A stretch of DNA of 39,495 nucleotides, taken from NCBI GenBank assembly GCA_016204125.1, contig JACQLI010000045.1, forward strand, positions 1-39,495, written 5' to 3'. Under the pieces are notes generated by a model. The model ran no database searches and was not told the DNA's origin. It saw nothing but the letters and a program-made list of their open reading frames with translations. Numbering within the stretch: the stretch's first letter is position 1; the number at the start of each line of letters is the position of its first letter. Positions 9,494 to 17,750 of the stretch are shown one piece after another. This DNA is from Candidatus Omnitrophota bacterium. GTDB taxonomy: Bacteria > Omnitrophota > Omnitrophia > Omnitrophales > JACQLI01. Made by a program: the position numbers and the translations under genes.

Positions 9494-11074
9494 ATGATAA
9501 AATTTCTTAGAGCAACATTTCAAGTTTTGATTTCAAGTCTCCTCCTCTTTGTGGTTCTCGAGGCAGCATTTCGGATTGGGGAGGCGCCTCCAGGGACCGC
9601 CCGTTTTATCGAGAGGATAGTCTATCAAGAAAAATTAAGCACTCAGAAGCCAAAGGACGAGTACAGGATTTTTGTTTACGGCGAGTCAACCTTTCATGGC
9701 GCTCACTATGCGCCCATTTCAAGCCCCCCCAAGTGGCTTGAGGCTTACCTTAAGGACTTCTTGCCTGAAAGGAAAATCCGTATTGTTAACTTCTGTCGAT
9801 TGGGTCGAGGGACCGATTTCGCCCTCAATGCGTTTAGAGACACCTTAGCCTATAAGCCTGATCTGGCTGTCTTTTATCTCGGACATAATGACTTCCTTTA
9901 CCGAAACCGTAAGGATTGGGTAGCAGCTGAGAATCAGAAATTTGGAAAGAAGGCAGAGAAATTGATAAGAAAGAGTCGCTTCGTTTCGTCAATCTCTCGA
10001 TGGATCTATAGGTCACGATTCAAATACAAAAGGGAGAAACCCGAGGATACTATTGAATTCGGTTCCATCGAAGTATCGCCATTGACGCAGGGAGCTGAGA
10101 ACATAACTCCCAGAAGCAAACCCTTTTATTGGGAGAATGTCACATTTTTTAGAGAAAATATCCTTGCCATTCACAGGTTGGCTAGAGCAAGAGGTGTTCA
10201 TACCTTATTCTTTAAGCCTGTATCCAACCTGAAAGACTTTGCACCTTTTCACTCTGTTCATATGAAAGAACTCACTCGCGAAGAGCTATTGAAGTGGAGG
10301 CGACTCAGAGAAGAGGGGATAAAGAAACAGAAACAAGACAAGCTGGACGAGGCTTTGGCACTTTTAACTGAGGCCTACTCCGTAGATCCTACTCGGGCGA
10401 AACTCTGTTTTCGCCTGGGTCAAATTTATTTCGCCAAAGGAGAATTTGAGAAGGCAAAAAAGTTTTTTGAGGAGGCTAGAGATAACGATGCGATCGTTTT
10501 TCGGGCTACCAAAGATATTTTAGAGAGCTACGAGGAATTTCGAAAAAAGGAAGGGCTTGAATTGATTGACACGGAAAAGATTCTGATCCAAGAAGTGCCC
10601 AGTGGCATTCTGGGCGAACCCGTCATCGAAGACAACGTTCATTTTTCGCTCAAGGGTCACTCTCTCGTTGGTCGTGCGCTAGCCCAGGAAATTGCCGATA
10701 GAAATTGGATCGCTCCCGAAGGAGAGTGGAAGTTAGACAAAGAGAGACCTTATGATGAGATTGCGAAGGAGCTTGGAATTGATGAGGAACTTCAATTCTC
10801 AGCTGATCTACGTATGGTTCATTATTCGGGAAGCCGTTACGAAAATAGGATTCGTTGGGCTAAAAAAGCTTTGGAAACCCACCCTCATCATCCGAGTGCA
10901 CTTCGGCATCTTGCATGGTCTTATTGGCTCGATGGGGAGGTCGACAAAGCTTTAGAAGTCTACCAAGAATTGAAGGAACTCAATCCTCAAGCTTTTTATG
11001 AAGTGATGGATCACGAGCCAGGAATCAAGGAAGCTTACGAACGAAACGCCGCTTTAAAAAACGGGCAATCTTAG
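9494..11074 (+). CDS. SGNH/GDSL-like hydrolase with inserted TPR region, N-terminally membrane anchored
   Basis: There is a TM helix at the N-terminus. SGNH-like blocks are VYGESTFHG (block I), YLGHNDF (block III) and DNVHFSLKGH (block V D..H). TPR-like helices (FRLGQIYFAKGEFEKAKKFFEEA) lie between them, with more at the C-terminus. Confidence 0.5.
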   Translation: MIKFLRATFQVLISSLLLFVVLEAAFRIGEAPPGTARFIERIVYQEKLSTQKPKDEYRIFVYGESTFHGAHYAPISSPPKWLEAYLKDFLPERKIRIVNFCRLGRGTDFALNAFRDTLAYKPDLAVFYLGHNDFLYRNRKDWVAAENQKFGKKAEKLIRKSRFVSSISRWIYRSRFKYKREKPEDTIEFGSIEVSPLTQGAENITPRSKPFYWENVTFFRENILAIHRLARARGVHTLFFKPVSNLKDFAPFHSVHMKELTREELLKWRRLREEGIKKQKQDKLDEALALLTEAYSVDPTRAKLCFRLGQIYFAKGEFEKAKKFFEEARDNDAIVFRATKDILESYEEFRKKEGLELIDTEKILIQEVPSGILGEPVIEDNVHFSLKGHSLVGRALAQEIADRNWIAPEGEWKLDKERPYDEIAKELGIDEELQFSADLRMVHYSGSRYENRIRWAKKALETHPHHPSALRHLAWSYWLDGEVDKALEVYQELKELNPQAFYEVMDHEPGIKEAYERNAALKNGQS

Positions 11075-11080
11075 CCCGCC

Positions 11081-11335
11081 CTATTTTTTTCGGTAGATCA
11101 AAACTGCAGCTACTACCAAACTGAAGAATGAGAAATTAACAATACAGAATACTTTCCACACAAGATCTTTTGAAACAACTCCTGACGGAAGCATTAAGAT
11201 AAGACAGACCCAGACTCCAAGGGTCCAAAGGAGACTGATATCCTTTGATGACTTTCTTTGGATGATTCGGACGACCAAAGGAATATTCCAGAGCGGCAAA
11301 AGAATAGAGGCTATCAGAGCAATCTTTTGTATCAC
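11081..11335 (-). CDS. SemiSWEET / PQ-loop family small membrane protein (3 TM)
   Basis: The 84-aa protein has three hydrophobic helices. Its segment IPLVVRIIQRKSSKDISLLW resembles the SemiSWEET PQ-loop segment (..PQ..K..k.rSa.dISl..). Confidence 0.5.
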   Translation of the reverse strand: MIQKIALIASILLPLWNIPLVVRIIQRKSSKDISLLWTLGVWVCLILMLPSGVVSKDLVWKVFCIVNFSFFSLVVAAVLIYRKK

Positions 11336-11338
11336 CTC

Positions 11339-12121
11339 TTAACTCCTTACCTCTTGGAAAATTCTTACCATGCGAGTCACGATGCTTCGGGGAAAGATTT
11401 TTGTTCCTAGCGCAGTCAATTTGTTCTTTAAGCCAGGAATCACAATGGTTTTATTTTTCATCAGTCCCTTATAACCAATCCGAGCAACCTTCCGAGCATC
11501 CATGACCATGAAATCGCTCAGTAGAAAGCTCTTCCCTATTCTTGCCTTCTCTTGAAACCCTGTTTGAGTAGGCCCCGGGCATAGAACCGTGACCGTTATG
11601 CCCGTTCCCTTCAGTTCATTAGCCAAAGCCTCGGAGAAGGATAAAACATAAGCTTTTGTTGCATAATAAACCGCCATCAAAGGACCGCCTGGCTGAAATG
11701 CAGCCGTGGATGCCATGTTAAGGATTTTCCCTTTCTTTTTTCGGAGCATCTCTTTAAGAAGGAGATGAGTCAAATGGGTGAGCGAGGTCATATTGAGCTG
11801 GATCATAGAAAGCTGATTTCTGAGATCGGAATCGGCAAATAGCCCATACGAGCCAACGCCCGCGTTATTAACCAAGATGTCGATGTGAATAGATTCTCGC
11901 TGAAGTTCTCCGAATATCTCATCTGGCGAAGAAGGATAGGAAAGGTCCTTGGGGATGAGTTTTACCGAGACACGAGAAATAGCTTTGAGTTCGTCGGCAA
12001 CCTCCAAGAGTTTTTGCTTGTCTCTTGCCACGAGAACAAGGTCGTAACCATCACGAGCCAATAACTTGCTCAATTCATAGCCGATGCCTGTGGAGGCACC
12101 TGTGACTAACGCAGTACCCAT
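11339..12121 (-). CDS. Short-chain dehydrogenase/reductase (SDR) family oxidoreductase
   Basis: The start at 12121 gives MGTALVTGASTGIGYE (TGxxxGIG). NNAG and the YxxxK motif (YYATKAY) are present. The longer ORF-track start would overlap the upstream gene. Confidence 0.85.
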   Translation of the reverse strand: MGTALVTGASTGIGYELSKLLARDGYDLVLVARDKQKLLEVADELKAISRVSVKLIPKDLSYPSSPDEIFGELQRESIHIDILVNNAGVGSYGLFADSDLRNQLSMIQLNMTSLTHLTHLLLKEMLRKKKGKILNMASTAAFQPGGPLMAVYYATKAYVLSFSEALANELKGTGITVTVLCPGPTQTGFQEKARIGKSFLLSDFMVMDARKVARIGYKGLMKNKTIVIPGLKNKLTALGTKIFPRSIVTRMVRIFQEVRS

Positions 12122-12123
12122 TC

Positions 12124-12615
12124 TTATTTTATGATTTTGAGGTGGAGTTTGACATTCTCTGCAGGAAAGAGGTACGTCCAAAACCTCTCGTAGCCGTCAG
12201 GATAGCGATTAGCGAGGAATTTAATTCCCGTTCTTCGGAATGATTTATGAAAGGTGATCTCTCTCACGAGGACTTTGCAAGAGATGGCCTTGATGAGCTT
12301 ATCAAACATAAAATAGGAGAAGAATCGGTTATGTTCAGGTTCGGAATAGGCGACGCGGCAAGAGAAATGGGGGACCTCAATGATAAAGTCACCGTCATTT
12401 TTTAAAATTCGATGGATTTCTTTAAAGATGCCGTAAAGATCATTGAGGTGTTCTAGGATATGTTTTGCGTAGACTCGATCCACGGAGCTGTCTTGAATGG
12501 GGTAGGGAAATTTGTTGAGATCAAAGACAACGTCGGGGTGGTTATGAATATCAATATCCACGCCAAACGCCTTATTTGTCTTGTTATCACTACAGCCCAG
12601 GTCCAGTGTTGTCAT
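12124..12615 (-). CDS. Small class I SAM-dependent methyltransferase-like protein
   Basis: Motif I-like LDLGCS sits at the extreme N-terminus. The acidic loop FGVDI and the post-I/II pattern VYAKHILEHL...L.DGG-like (LKNDGDFIIEV) follow. The protein is only 163 aa. Confidence 0.6.
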   Translation of the reverse strand: MTTLDLGCSDNKTNKAFGVDIDIHNHPDVVFDLNKFPYPIQDSSVDRVYAKHILEHLNDLYGIFKEIHRILKNDGDFIIEVPHFSCRVAYSEPEHNRFFSYFMFDKLIKAISCKVLVREITFHKSFRRTGIKFLANRYPDGYERFWTYLFPAENVKLHLKIIK

Positions 12616-12670
12616 TTTTGATACACAATAGCTCCAGCTCGTGAATCTATCAATAGGAACTTTTAAAGAT

Positions 12671-12679
12671 TGCTATAAT
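12671..12679 (+). promoter_or_regulatory. Extended -10 promoter element TGcTATAAT
   Basis: This is an exact TGnTATAAT match. The in-frame ATG at 12687 lies 8 nt after the hexamer, which implies a leaderless or near-leaderless transcript. No good -35 element is visible. Confidence 0.5.
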
Positions 12680-13529
12680 GGGGTTCATGCGAAGAAGGAT
12701 TTTAGCGCTAGGCATAGTGGGTTTGATTGGGACTGTATCGGCGTTTGTCTTCCATGATAAAGTTGGGCATCTGGTCCTAGAGTTGAGTCTGAATCGAAAC
12801 CTCCATGAGTTCTTTGGAGGTTCAATCCGTGTCGGGAAGTTTAACCTGGACAAACATTTTAAGATTAACATTCAAGAATTAACTGGCAGTCTTCAATCTG
12901 AAGCAGGACCCGTCCCCTTAGAGATTCTCTCAATTGAATCCATAAATCCTATCACCGATATTTTGTGGAACAAAGGCCTTGTTTTGAATTTTGAGGGCGC
13001 ACAAGTCAGGAATTCCAAATATCAAGGGATCAAAGGTGTTTTACAAGTCAAGGGAGGAGACGAAGGGTCTTTGGATCTTAAGGCTGATGTGCAAGGTGTG
13101 GGTCTTGAAGAGCTTGAATGGCTGAACCCTGAAAATCTTTCAGGATCATCAGGAGAGATGAAGGGAGAAATTATGCTTGAGAACAGCCCGAAAGGGAAAA
13201 TCCTCCTCCATTTGAAACTTCGTATCGAAGAACCGGGGGGCAGGGTGCAAGCTCGTTTTTTTGATCTTCTGACACCTTACCTTCCCCAACTGGCGATGAT
13301 GGAAAAAGTGAAGGAGATAAAAGCAAAAGGTGGAACGGTTGGGTTTCATGATGCCCTGATCGAGGTAAAGATGACTCAATCGAAGAGGATAAAAATATTT
13401 CTCCATATGGTCATTCCCGATTATAATCTTCATCTTAATTTGAATACCGAGGTACGATTCGAAGAAGAGGATACGCTTCCAGAATTAGCAAGACTTATCG
13501 GACTTTTGAAAGTGGAAAAGGCGGAATGA
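12678..13529 (+). CDS. YdbH-like (AsmA-related, C-terminal-domain-only) envelope protein
   Basis: It has an N-terminal signal anchor and a beta-rich body. It is followed directly by YnbE- and YdbL-like genes in the conserved ydbH-ynbE-ydbL order. The true start may be the ATG at 12687, because 12678 lies inside the -10 box. Confidence 0.5.
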   Translation: MGFMRRRILALGIVGLIGTVSAFVFHDKVGHLVLELSLNRNLHEFFGGSIRVGKFNLDKHFKINIQELTGSLQSEAGPVPLEILSIESINPITDILWNKGLVLNFEGAQVRNSKYQGIKGVLQVKGGDEGSLDLKADVQGVGLEELEWLNPENLSGSSGEMKGEIMLENSPKGKILLHLKLRIEEPGGRVQARFFDLLTPYLPQLAMMEKVKEIKAKGGTVGFHDALIEVKMTQSKRIKIFLHMVIPDYNLHLNLNTEVRFEEEDTLPELARLIGLLKVEKAE

Positions 13530-13702
13530 AAAAGAGATTTCTTGGACTCACTTTCTTATTGATTATCCTTGCGGGATGCACGGTAAAAGCTGTGGGCGAT
13601 CCCAACCGTCCCATTACGATCAATGCCAATGTGGTGGTGGATATTCGTGGGCTTAAGAAGACAGCCGTCGATATTGAAGATACGATTGCAAAGGGGGCTT
13701 AA
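13526..13702 (+). CDS. ynbE: YnbE-family small lipoprotein (58 aa; absent from the ORF track)
   Basis: An ATGA overlap joins it to the upstream gene. The lipobox LLIILAGC is followed by TVKAVGDPNRPITINANVVVD, matching the YnbE pattern (C..v.v..P.kPI.InlNv.i). Its stop abuts the next ATG at 13703. Confidence 0.6.
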   Translation: MKKRFLGLTFLLIILAGCTVKAVGDPNRPITINANVVVDIRGLKKTAVDIEDTIAKGA

Positions 13703-14116
13703 ATGGTTTTAAGAAAGAGACTTGTTCCTTTTGTTTTTGCATTGTTCTGGGGGGTTCTGCCTTGCGCTCATGCAGCCCAAAATTATGATCTTAAGGAAAT
13801 TACGCCCACTGTTCAAAACGCGATTCAAAGTCGGCAAGCACGATACAGCCAGTTACAACACCTCAAATCTGAGGGTGTCATTGGAGAAAGCAATCAGGGT
13901 TTTGTTTCCATGTTGAAAGAATTACCTGACGTAAGCGGAATCATTGCAGCTGAGAATCAGGATCGGGAAGTCATTTATCAAGCGGTTGTAGACCAGAATG
14001 GGCTTGGGCAAGGCGGCTTGGGTCAAGTTAAAGCCATTTTTGCCGAAGTTCAACGGGGAAAAGCTCAGCCAGGAGAGTTGATTCAGCTTCCTTCGGGTGA
14101 GTGGGTTCGAAAATAG
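13703..14116 (+). CDS. ydbL: YdbL / DUF1318-family periplasmic protein
   Basis: A signal peptide ends in AHA. The segment R.ARY..L..LK..G.IGE...G.V......AENQDRE.IY is characteristic of DUF1318. Confidence 0.65.
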   Translation: MVLRKRLVPFVFALFWGVLPCAHAAQNYDLKEITPTVQNAIQSRQARYSQLQHLKSEGVIGESNQGFVSMLKELPDVSGIIAAENQDREVIYQAVVDQNGLGQGGLGQVKAIFAEVQRGKAQPGELIQLPSGEWVRK

Positions 14117-14117
14117 A

Positions 14118-14852
14118 ATGGAAAAATATTACGGCTGGGGTCTTCCTGCCGATATCTCCACTCATGGAGCAGCCATTGATCGGCTGATTTATGTCCTGCA
14201 TGGGTTTATGGCTGTTCTTTTTGTTGGTTGGCTCATTTTCCTTGTCATCACACTTGTCCGTTTTCGTGCAAGGCCAGGCCATCAAGCTGTCTATCAATCG
14301 AATCATTTCAAGGCGCCGACCTATCTGGAGGTAGGCGTTGGCCTTTTTGAAGCTTTTCTCCTCGTCGGGTTTTCCTTTCCAATCTTCCACCAGTATCGCA
14401 ATGTTCCACCGCCACGTGATCAGGCGATGGAAGTCCGTATTGTTGCGGAGCAGTTTGCCTGGAACATTCACTATCCAGGGGATGACGGCATTTTTGGGAA
14501 AACAGACATCCATTTGATCAGCCCCGCGAATCCTGTGGGCCTTGATCGTAGCGACCCCGCAGCTAAAGATGACATTACAACGGTCAATCAGCTTCATACC
14601 CCTGTGCACAAACCTGTGATTGCCCACCTCTCTTCAAAAGACGTGATTCATAGCTTCTTTCTTCCTGTGATGCGTGTGAAACAAGATATGATTCCAGGGC
14701 AAACCGTTGACACCTGGTTTGAAGCGAAGAAAATGGGAAATTTTGAAATTGCCTGTGCGCAGCTTTGCGGGCTCGGCCATTATCGAATGCGAGGATTCTT
14801 TATTGTTGAGACAGAGGATAAATTTAAGGAGTGGATAAATCAAATGAGGTAG
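14118..14852 (+). CDS. coxB: Cytochrome c oxidase subunit II (CuA subunit, no fused cytochrome c domain)
   Basis: The protein has two N-terminal TM helices. The HSFFLPVMRVKQDMIPGQ segment and the CuA motif CAQLCGLGHYRM are present, with Gln where Glu is usual. The TAG stop at 14850-14852 lies inside the GTAG head of a REP-like element. Confidence 0.9.
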   Translation: MEKYYGWGLPADISTHGAAIDRLIYVLHGFMAVLFVGWLIFLVITLVRFRARPGHQAVYQSNHFKAPTYLEVGVGLFEAFLLVGFSFPIFHQYRNVPPPRDQAMEVRIVAEQFAWNIHYPGDDGIFGKTDIHLISPANPVGLDRSDPAAKDDITTVNQLHTPVHKPVIAHLSSKDVIHSFFLPVMRVKQDMIPGQTVDTWFEAKKMGNFEIACAQLCGLGHYRMRGFFIVETEDKFKEWINQMR

Positions 14853-14913
14853 GGGCGAACCCCCGTGTTCGCCCTGATACACATCAAGGGCAGACACATG
14901 GGTCTGCCCCTAC
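14849..14913. repeat. Two tandem REP-like hairpins in the coxB-coxA spacer
   Basis: The first hairpin is GTAGGGGCGAAC-ccccgt-GTTCGCCCtgaTAC (14849-14880). The second is GGGCAGAC-acatgg-GTCTGCCCCTAC (14888-14913). They share termini with the palindromes at 8975 and 37705. Confidence 0.7.
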
Positions 14914-14919
14914 AGCCCA

Positions 14920-16641
14920 ATGACAGGCGAACACAATTTACCCTTTTGGCGAAAATATATCTTTTCGATCGACCACAAGGTGATCGGGATTCAGTACGCT
15001 ATTACAGGACTTCTTTTTCTCCTTTTCGGTTTTTTTCTCATGATGATGATGCGTTGGCAGCTCGCTTATCCAGGACAACCCCTTCCTTGGATCGGACATC
15101 TTTTTAGTGAGAAGGCAATGCTGGGAGGCGTGATGTTACCTGAGTTTTATAACCAATTAGGAGCCATGCACGGAACCATCATGGTTTTCTTAGGCGTGGT
15201 TCCGCTTGCGGTCGGCGGATTCGGCAACTACTTCGTTCCTCTTCAAATCGGTGCGCCTGATATGGCTTTCCCCAAGCTTAACATGGTGAGTTACTGGGTC
15301 TACTTCATCGGGGGAGTCATCATGATCGTGAGCTTCTTTGTACCCCAAGGCGCTGCGCAGTCAGGTTGGACTTCGTATGCACCGCTTGCCGTCATCGCCC
15401 CGACAGGACAAACTCTCTGGCTTTTAGGAATGGTATGCTTGATCACTTCGTCGCTTCTGGGTTCTATCAATTTCATTACGACCATTGTTCAACTGAGAGC
15501 AGACGGCCTCTCATTTTTTAGACTTCCCTTCTTTGTCTGGGCTCAATTTGTGACCAGTTTTCTTCTCTTGCTCGCTTTTCCTCCCCTTGAAGCAGCAGGC
15601 GTTCTCCAGCTCATGGATCGACTTGCCGGGACGAGTTTTTTCATGCCAAGCGGCCTTGTGGTTAGCGGAAAAGTAGTTGAAGTAAGCGGAGGAGGAAACC
15701 CCGTTCTCTGGCAGCATCTTTTTTGGTTCCTCGCCCACCCTGAAGTTTACGTCTTGATCCTTCCTGCCATGGGAATCGTGTGCGAAATCATTGCCTGTAA
15801 TACTCGCAAACCGATCTATGGTTATAAAGGAATGGTCTATTCCGTTATTTTTATCGGATTCATGTCCTTCATTGTCTGGGCTCATCACATGTTTCTTACG
15901 GGAATGGGGACAAAGATGAGCGCCTTCTTTCAAATCACAACCATGATCATCTCTATTCCCTCAGTTGTCATTTTGACGGCACTTGTCCTGAGCCTCTGGG
16001 GAGGTTCTATCCGATTCACGGTACCGATGCTTTTTGCCACCGCCTTCCTGCCGATGTTTGGTATTGGAGGGCTCACAGGTTTACCTTTGGGACTTACGGC
16101 ATCGGACATTCATCTGCACGATACTTACTATGTGATTGGACATTTCCATTACGTCGTTGCTCCAGGGACACTCCTTGCTCTCTTTGCGGGGATTTATCAC
16201 TGGTTTCCCAAGGTGACGGGAAGAAAAATGTCAGACTTTTTGGGGAAAATCCACTTCTGGCTCTCTTTCCTACTTATGAATGGAGTCTTTATGCCTATGT
16301 TCATTCAAGGATTGGCGGGAGTTTCAAGAAGACTTTGGGATCCGATGCAATACGCTCATGCCCAGCCTACACAGCCCCTCAACGTTTTTATTTCCATTTG
16401 CGCCTGGCTCTTGGGGCTCGCGCAAATTCCTTTTATTCTCAATTTTTTCTGGAGCCTGATCTGGGGAAAGAAGACGGATCAAAATCCTTGGCAGGCGACC
16501 ACCCTCGAGTGGTCAGCCCCCTCGCCTCCGCCGCATGGGAATTTCGAACATGTCCCCGTTGTTTACCGCGGACCTTATGAATATAGCATCCCTGGTCAAA
16601 GGAATGATTTTTGGCCTCAGGCGATGAAAGAAGGGAACTAA
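14920..16641 (+). CDS. coxA: Cytochrome c oxidase subunit I, A-type heme-copper oxidase
   Basis: Motifs present are HKVIGIQY, GNYFVPLQIGAPDMAFP, WFLAHPEVYVLILP (with the Glu of A1-type oxidases), VWAHHMF and HDTYYVIGHFHYV. Confidence 0.95.
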   Translation: MTGEHNLPFWRKYIFSIDHKVIGIQYAITGLLFLLFGFFLMMMMRWQLAYPGQPLPWIGHLFSEKAMLGGVMLPEFYNQLGAMHGTIMVFLGVVPLAVGGFGNYFVPLQIGAPDMAFPKLNMVSYWVYFIGGVIMIVSFFVPQGAAQSGWTSYAPLAVIAPTGQTLWLLGMVCLITSSLLGSINFITTIVQLRADGLSFFRLPFFVWAQFVTSFLLLLAFPPLEAAGVLQLMDRLAGTSFFMPSGLVVSGKVVEVSGGGNPVLWQHLFWFLAHPEVYVLILPAMGIVCEIIACNTRKPIYGYKGMVYSVIFIGFMSFIVWAHHMFLTGMGTKMSAFFQITTMIISIPSVVILTALVLSLWGGSIRFTVPMLFATAFLPMFGIGGLTGLPLGLTASDIHLHDTYYVIGHFHYVVAPGTLLALFAGIYHWFPKVTGRKMSDFLGKIHFWLSFLLMNGVFMPMFIQGLAGVSRRLWDPMQYAHAQPTQPLNVFISICAWLLGLAQIPFILNFFWSLIWGKKTDQNPWQATTLEWSAPSPPPHGNFEHVPVVYRGPYEYSIPGQRNDFWPQAMKEGN

Positions 16642-16642
16642 A

Positions 16643-17239
16643 ATGTCTTCTCTTATTCGCTACATTTCAAGGCCGCATCCGATCACTGGAGTCACCAATG
16701 CCAAACTTGGCACGTGGTGTTTTCTCGCATCGGAGGTGATGCTTTTCGGAGCGCTTTTTTCTGCTTATATTTTGCTTCGCACAGGCGCGAGTTCATGGCC
16801 TCGCGGGTCCGAACTTTTGAGTGTACCTCTCGCGACTTTTAACACCCTTGTCCTTATCACTTCGAGCGTGACCATGGTTATGGCCTGGGCGTCTCTCATG
16901 ATGAAGGATCTATCGAAGTACAAACGCTACATGGGATTCACCATCCTCCTTGCATTGACCTTTCTTGTGGTGAAAGGCTTTGAGTACGGACATAAATTTG
17001 AACACCACCATTTTCCGAGCACGAGCACCTTTTATGCTATTTACTTTACCTTAACGGGTCTTCATGGGCTTCACGTATTGGGCGGAGTCATTGTTAACAC
17101 TTACTTCCTGTTGCCAGGAAGTAAACTGTGGGAAACGGAACCCGAACAGTTCACTGGAAGGATTGAATGCGCAGGTCTCTACTGGCACTTTGTGGATCTC
17201 GTTTGGATTTTCCTTTTCCCCGTGTTATACCTTTTATAG
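16643..17239 (+). CDS. coxC: Cytochrome c oxidase subunit III (short five-helix form)
   Basis: Motifs present are FLASEVMLFGALF, GFEY, the FTLTGLHGLHVLGG-like segment and YWHFVDLVWIFLF. Confidence 0.9.
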   Translation: MSSLIRYISRPHPITGVTNAKLGTWCFLASEVMLFGALFSAYILLRTGASSWPRGSELLSVPLATFNTLVLITSSVTMVMAWASLMMKDLSKYKRYMGFTILLALTFLVVKGFEYGHKFEHHHFPSTSTFYAIYFTLTGLHGLHVLGGVIVNTYFLLPGSKLWETEPEQFTGRIECAGLYWHFVDLVWIFLFPVLYLL

Positions 17240-17245
17240 AGAAAA

Positions 17246-17554
17246 ATGGAACACGCGACGCCTGAAGCGATCAAACGGCATGTCAAAGTTTACATCAGCG
17301 TTTTTGTAGCGCTCGCCTTTTTAACTGTGGTTACGGTGATCGTTTCTTATCTTAAACTTTCGCTCGTTTACGCCATCATCGTTGCTCTTTCAATCGCCAC
17401 CATCAAAGGCTCGCTTGTGGCGGCCTATTTCATGCACTTGATCTCTGAGAAAAAGATTATTTTTTGGGTGCTTGTTCTAACACTTGTCTTTTTCCTGGCT
17501 CTTTTAATCACTCCTGCTTTGACAGGCTTGGAGATAAGAAGCTATGTCTCTTAA
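17246..17554 (+). CDS. Prokaryotic cytochrome c oxidase subunit IV family protein
   Basis: The 102-aa protein has three TM helices and the COX4_pro-like segment IKGSLVAAYFMHL. It sits directly after coxC. Confidence 0.7.
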   Translation: MEHATPEAIKRHVKVYISVFVALAFLTVVTVIVSYLKLSLVYAIIVALSIATIKGSLVAAYFMHLISEKKIIFWVLVLTLVFFLALLITPALTGLEIRSYVS

Positions 17555-17750
17555 AGCGTTCCACATTTTTTTCATTATCATCTCCATCGTTTTAACAGTG
17601 GGGTTTGGCTTTTGGGGAGTTCGGGATTACTCGAATTCTAAAAACGTGATTAACTTTATTTTAGGAATCAGTTCTTTTGTTGGAGGAGGGGCTTTGGCGA
17701 TTTATTTGGTGTGGTTCTTCTCCAAGATGAAGAGGATCAGCCACTCATGA
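17544..17750 (+). CDS. Small two-TM membrane protein (68 aa)
   Basis: It overlaps the subunit IV stop by 11 nt and has two clear hydrophobic helices. I recognise no family. Confidence 0.4.
   Translation: MSLKAFHIFFIIISIVLTVGFGFWGVRDYSNSKNVINFILGISSFVGGGALAIYLVWFFSKMKRISHS

Noticed and set aside
14028-14627. 199-aa antisense ORF across ydbL and coxB
   Set aside because: It is opposite two genes with clear family motifs. It has no RBS and no recognisable domain.
14865-15107. 80-aa ORF starting in the coxB-coxA spacer (MFALIHIKGRHMGLPLQ...)
   Set aside because: Its N-terminus is a translation of the REP-like hairpins. The rest is out of frame within coxA, whose own frame has unmistakable subunit I motifs.
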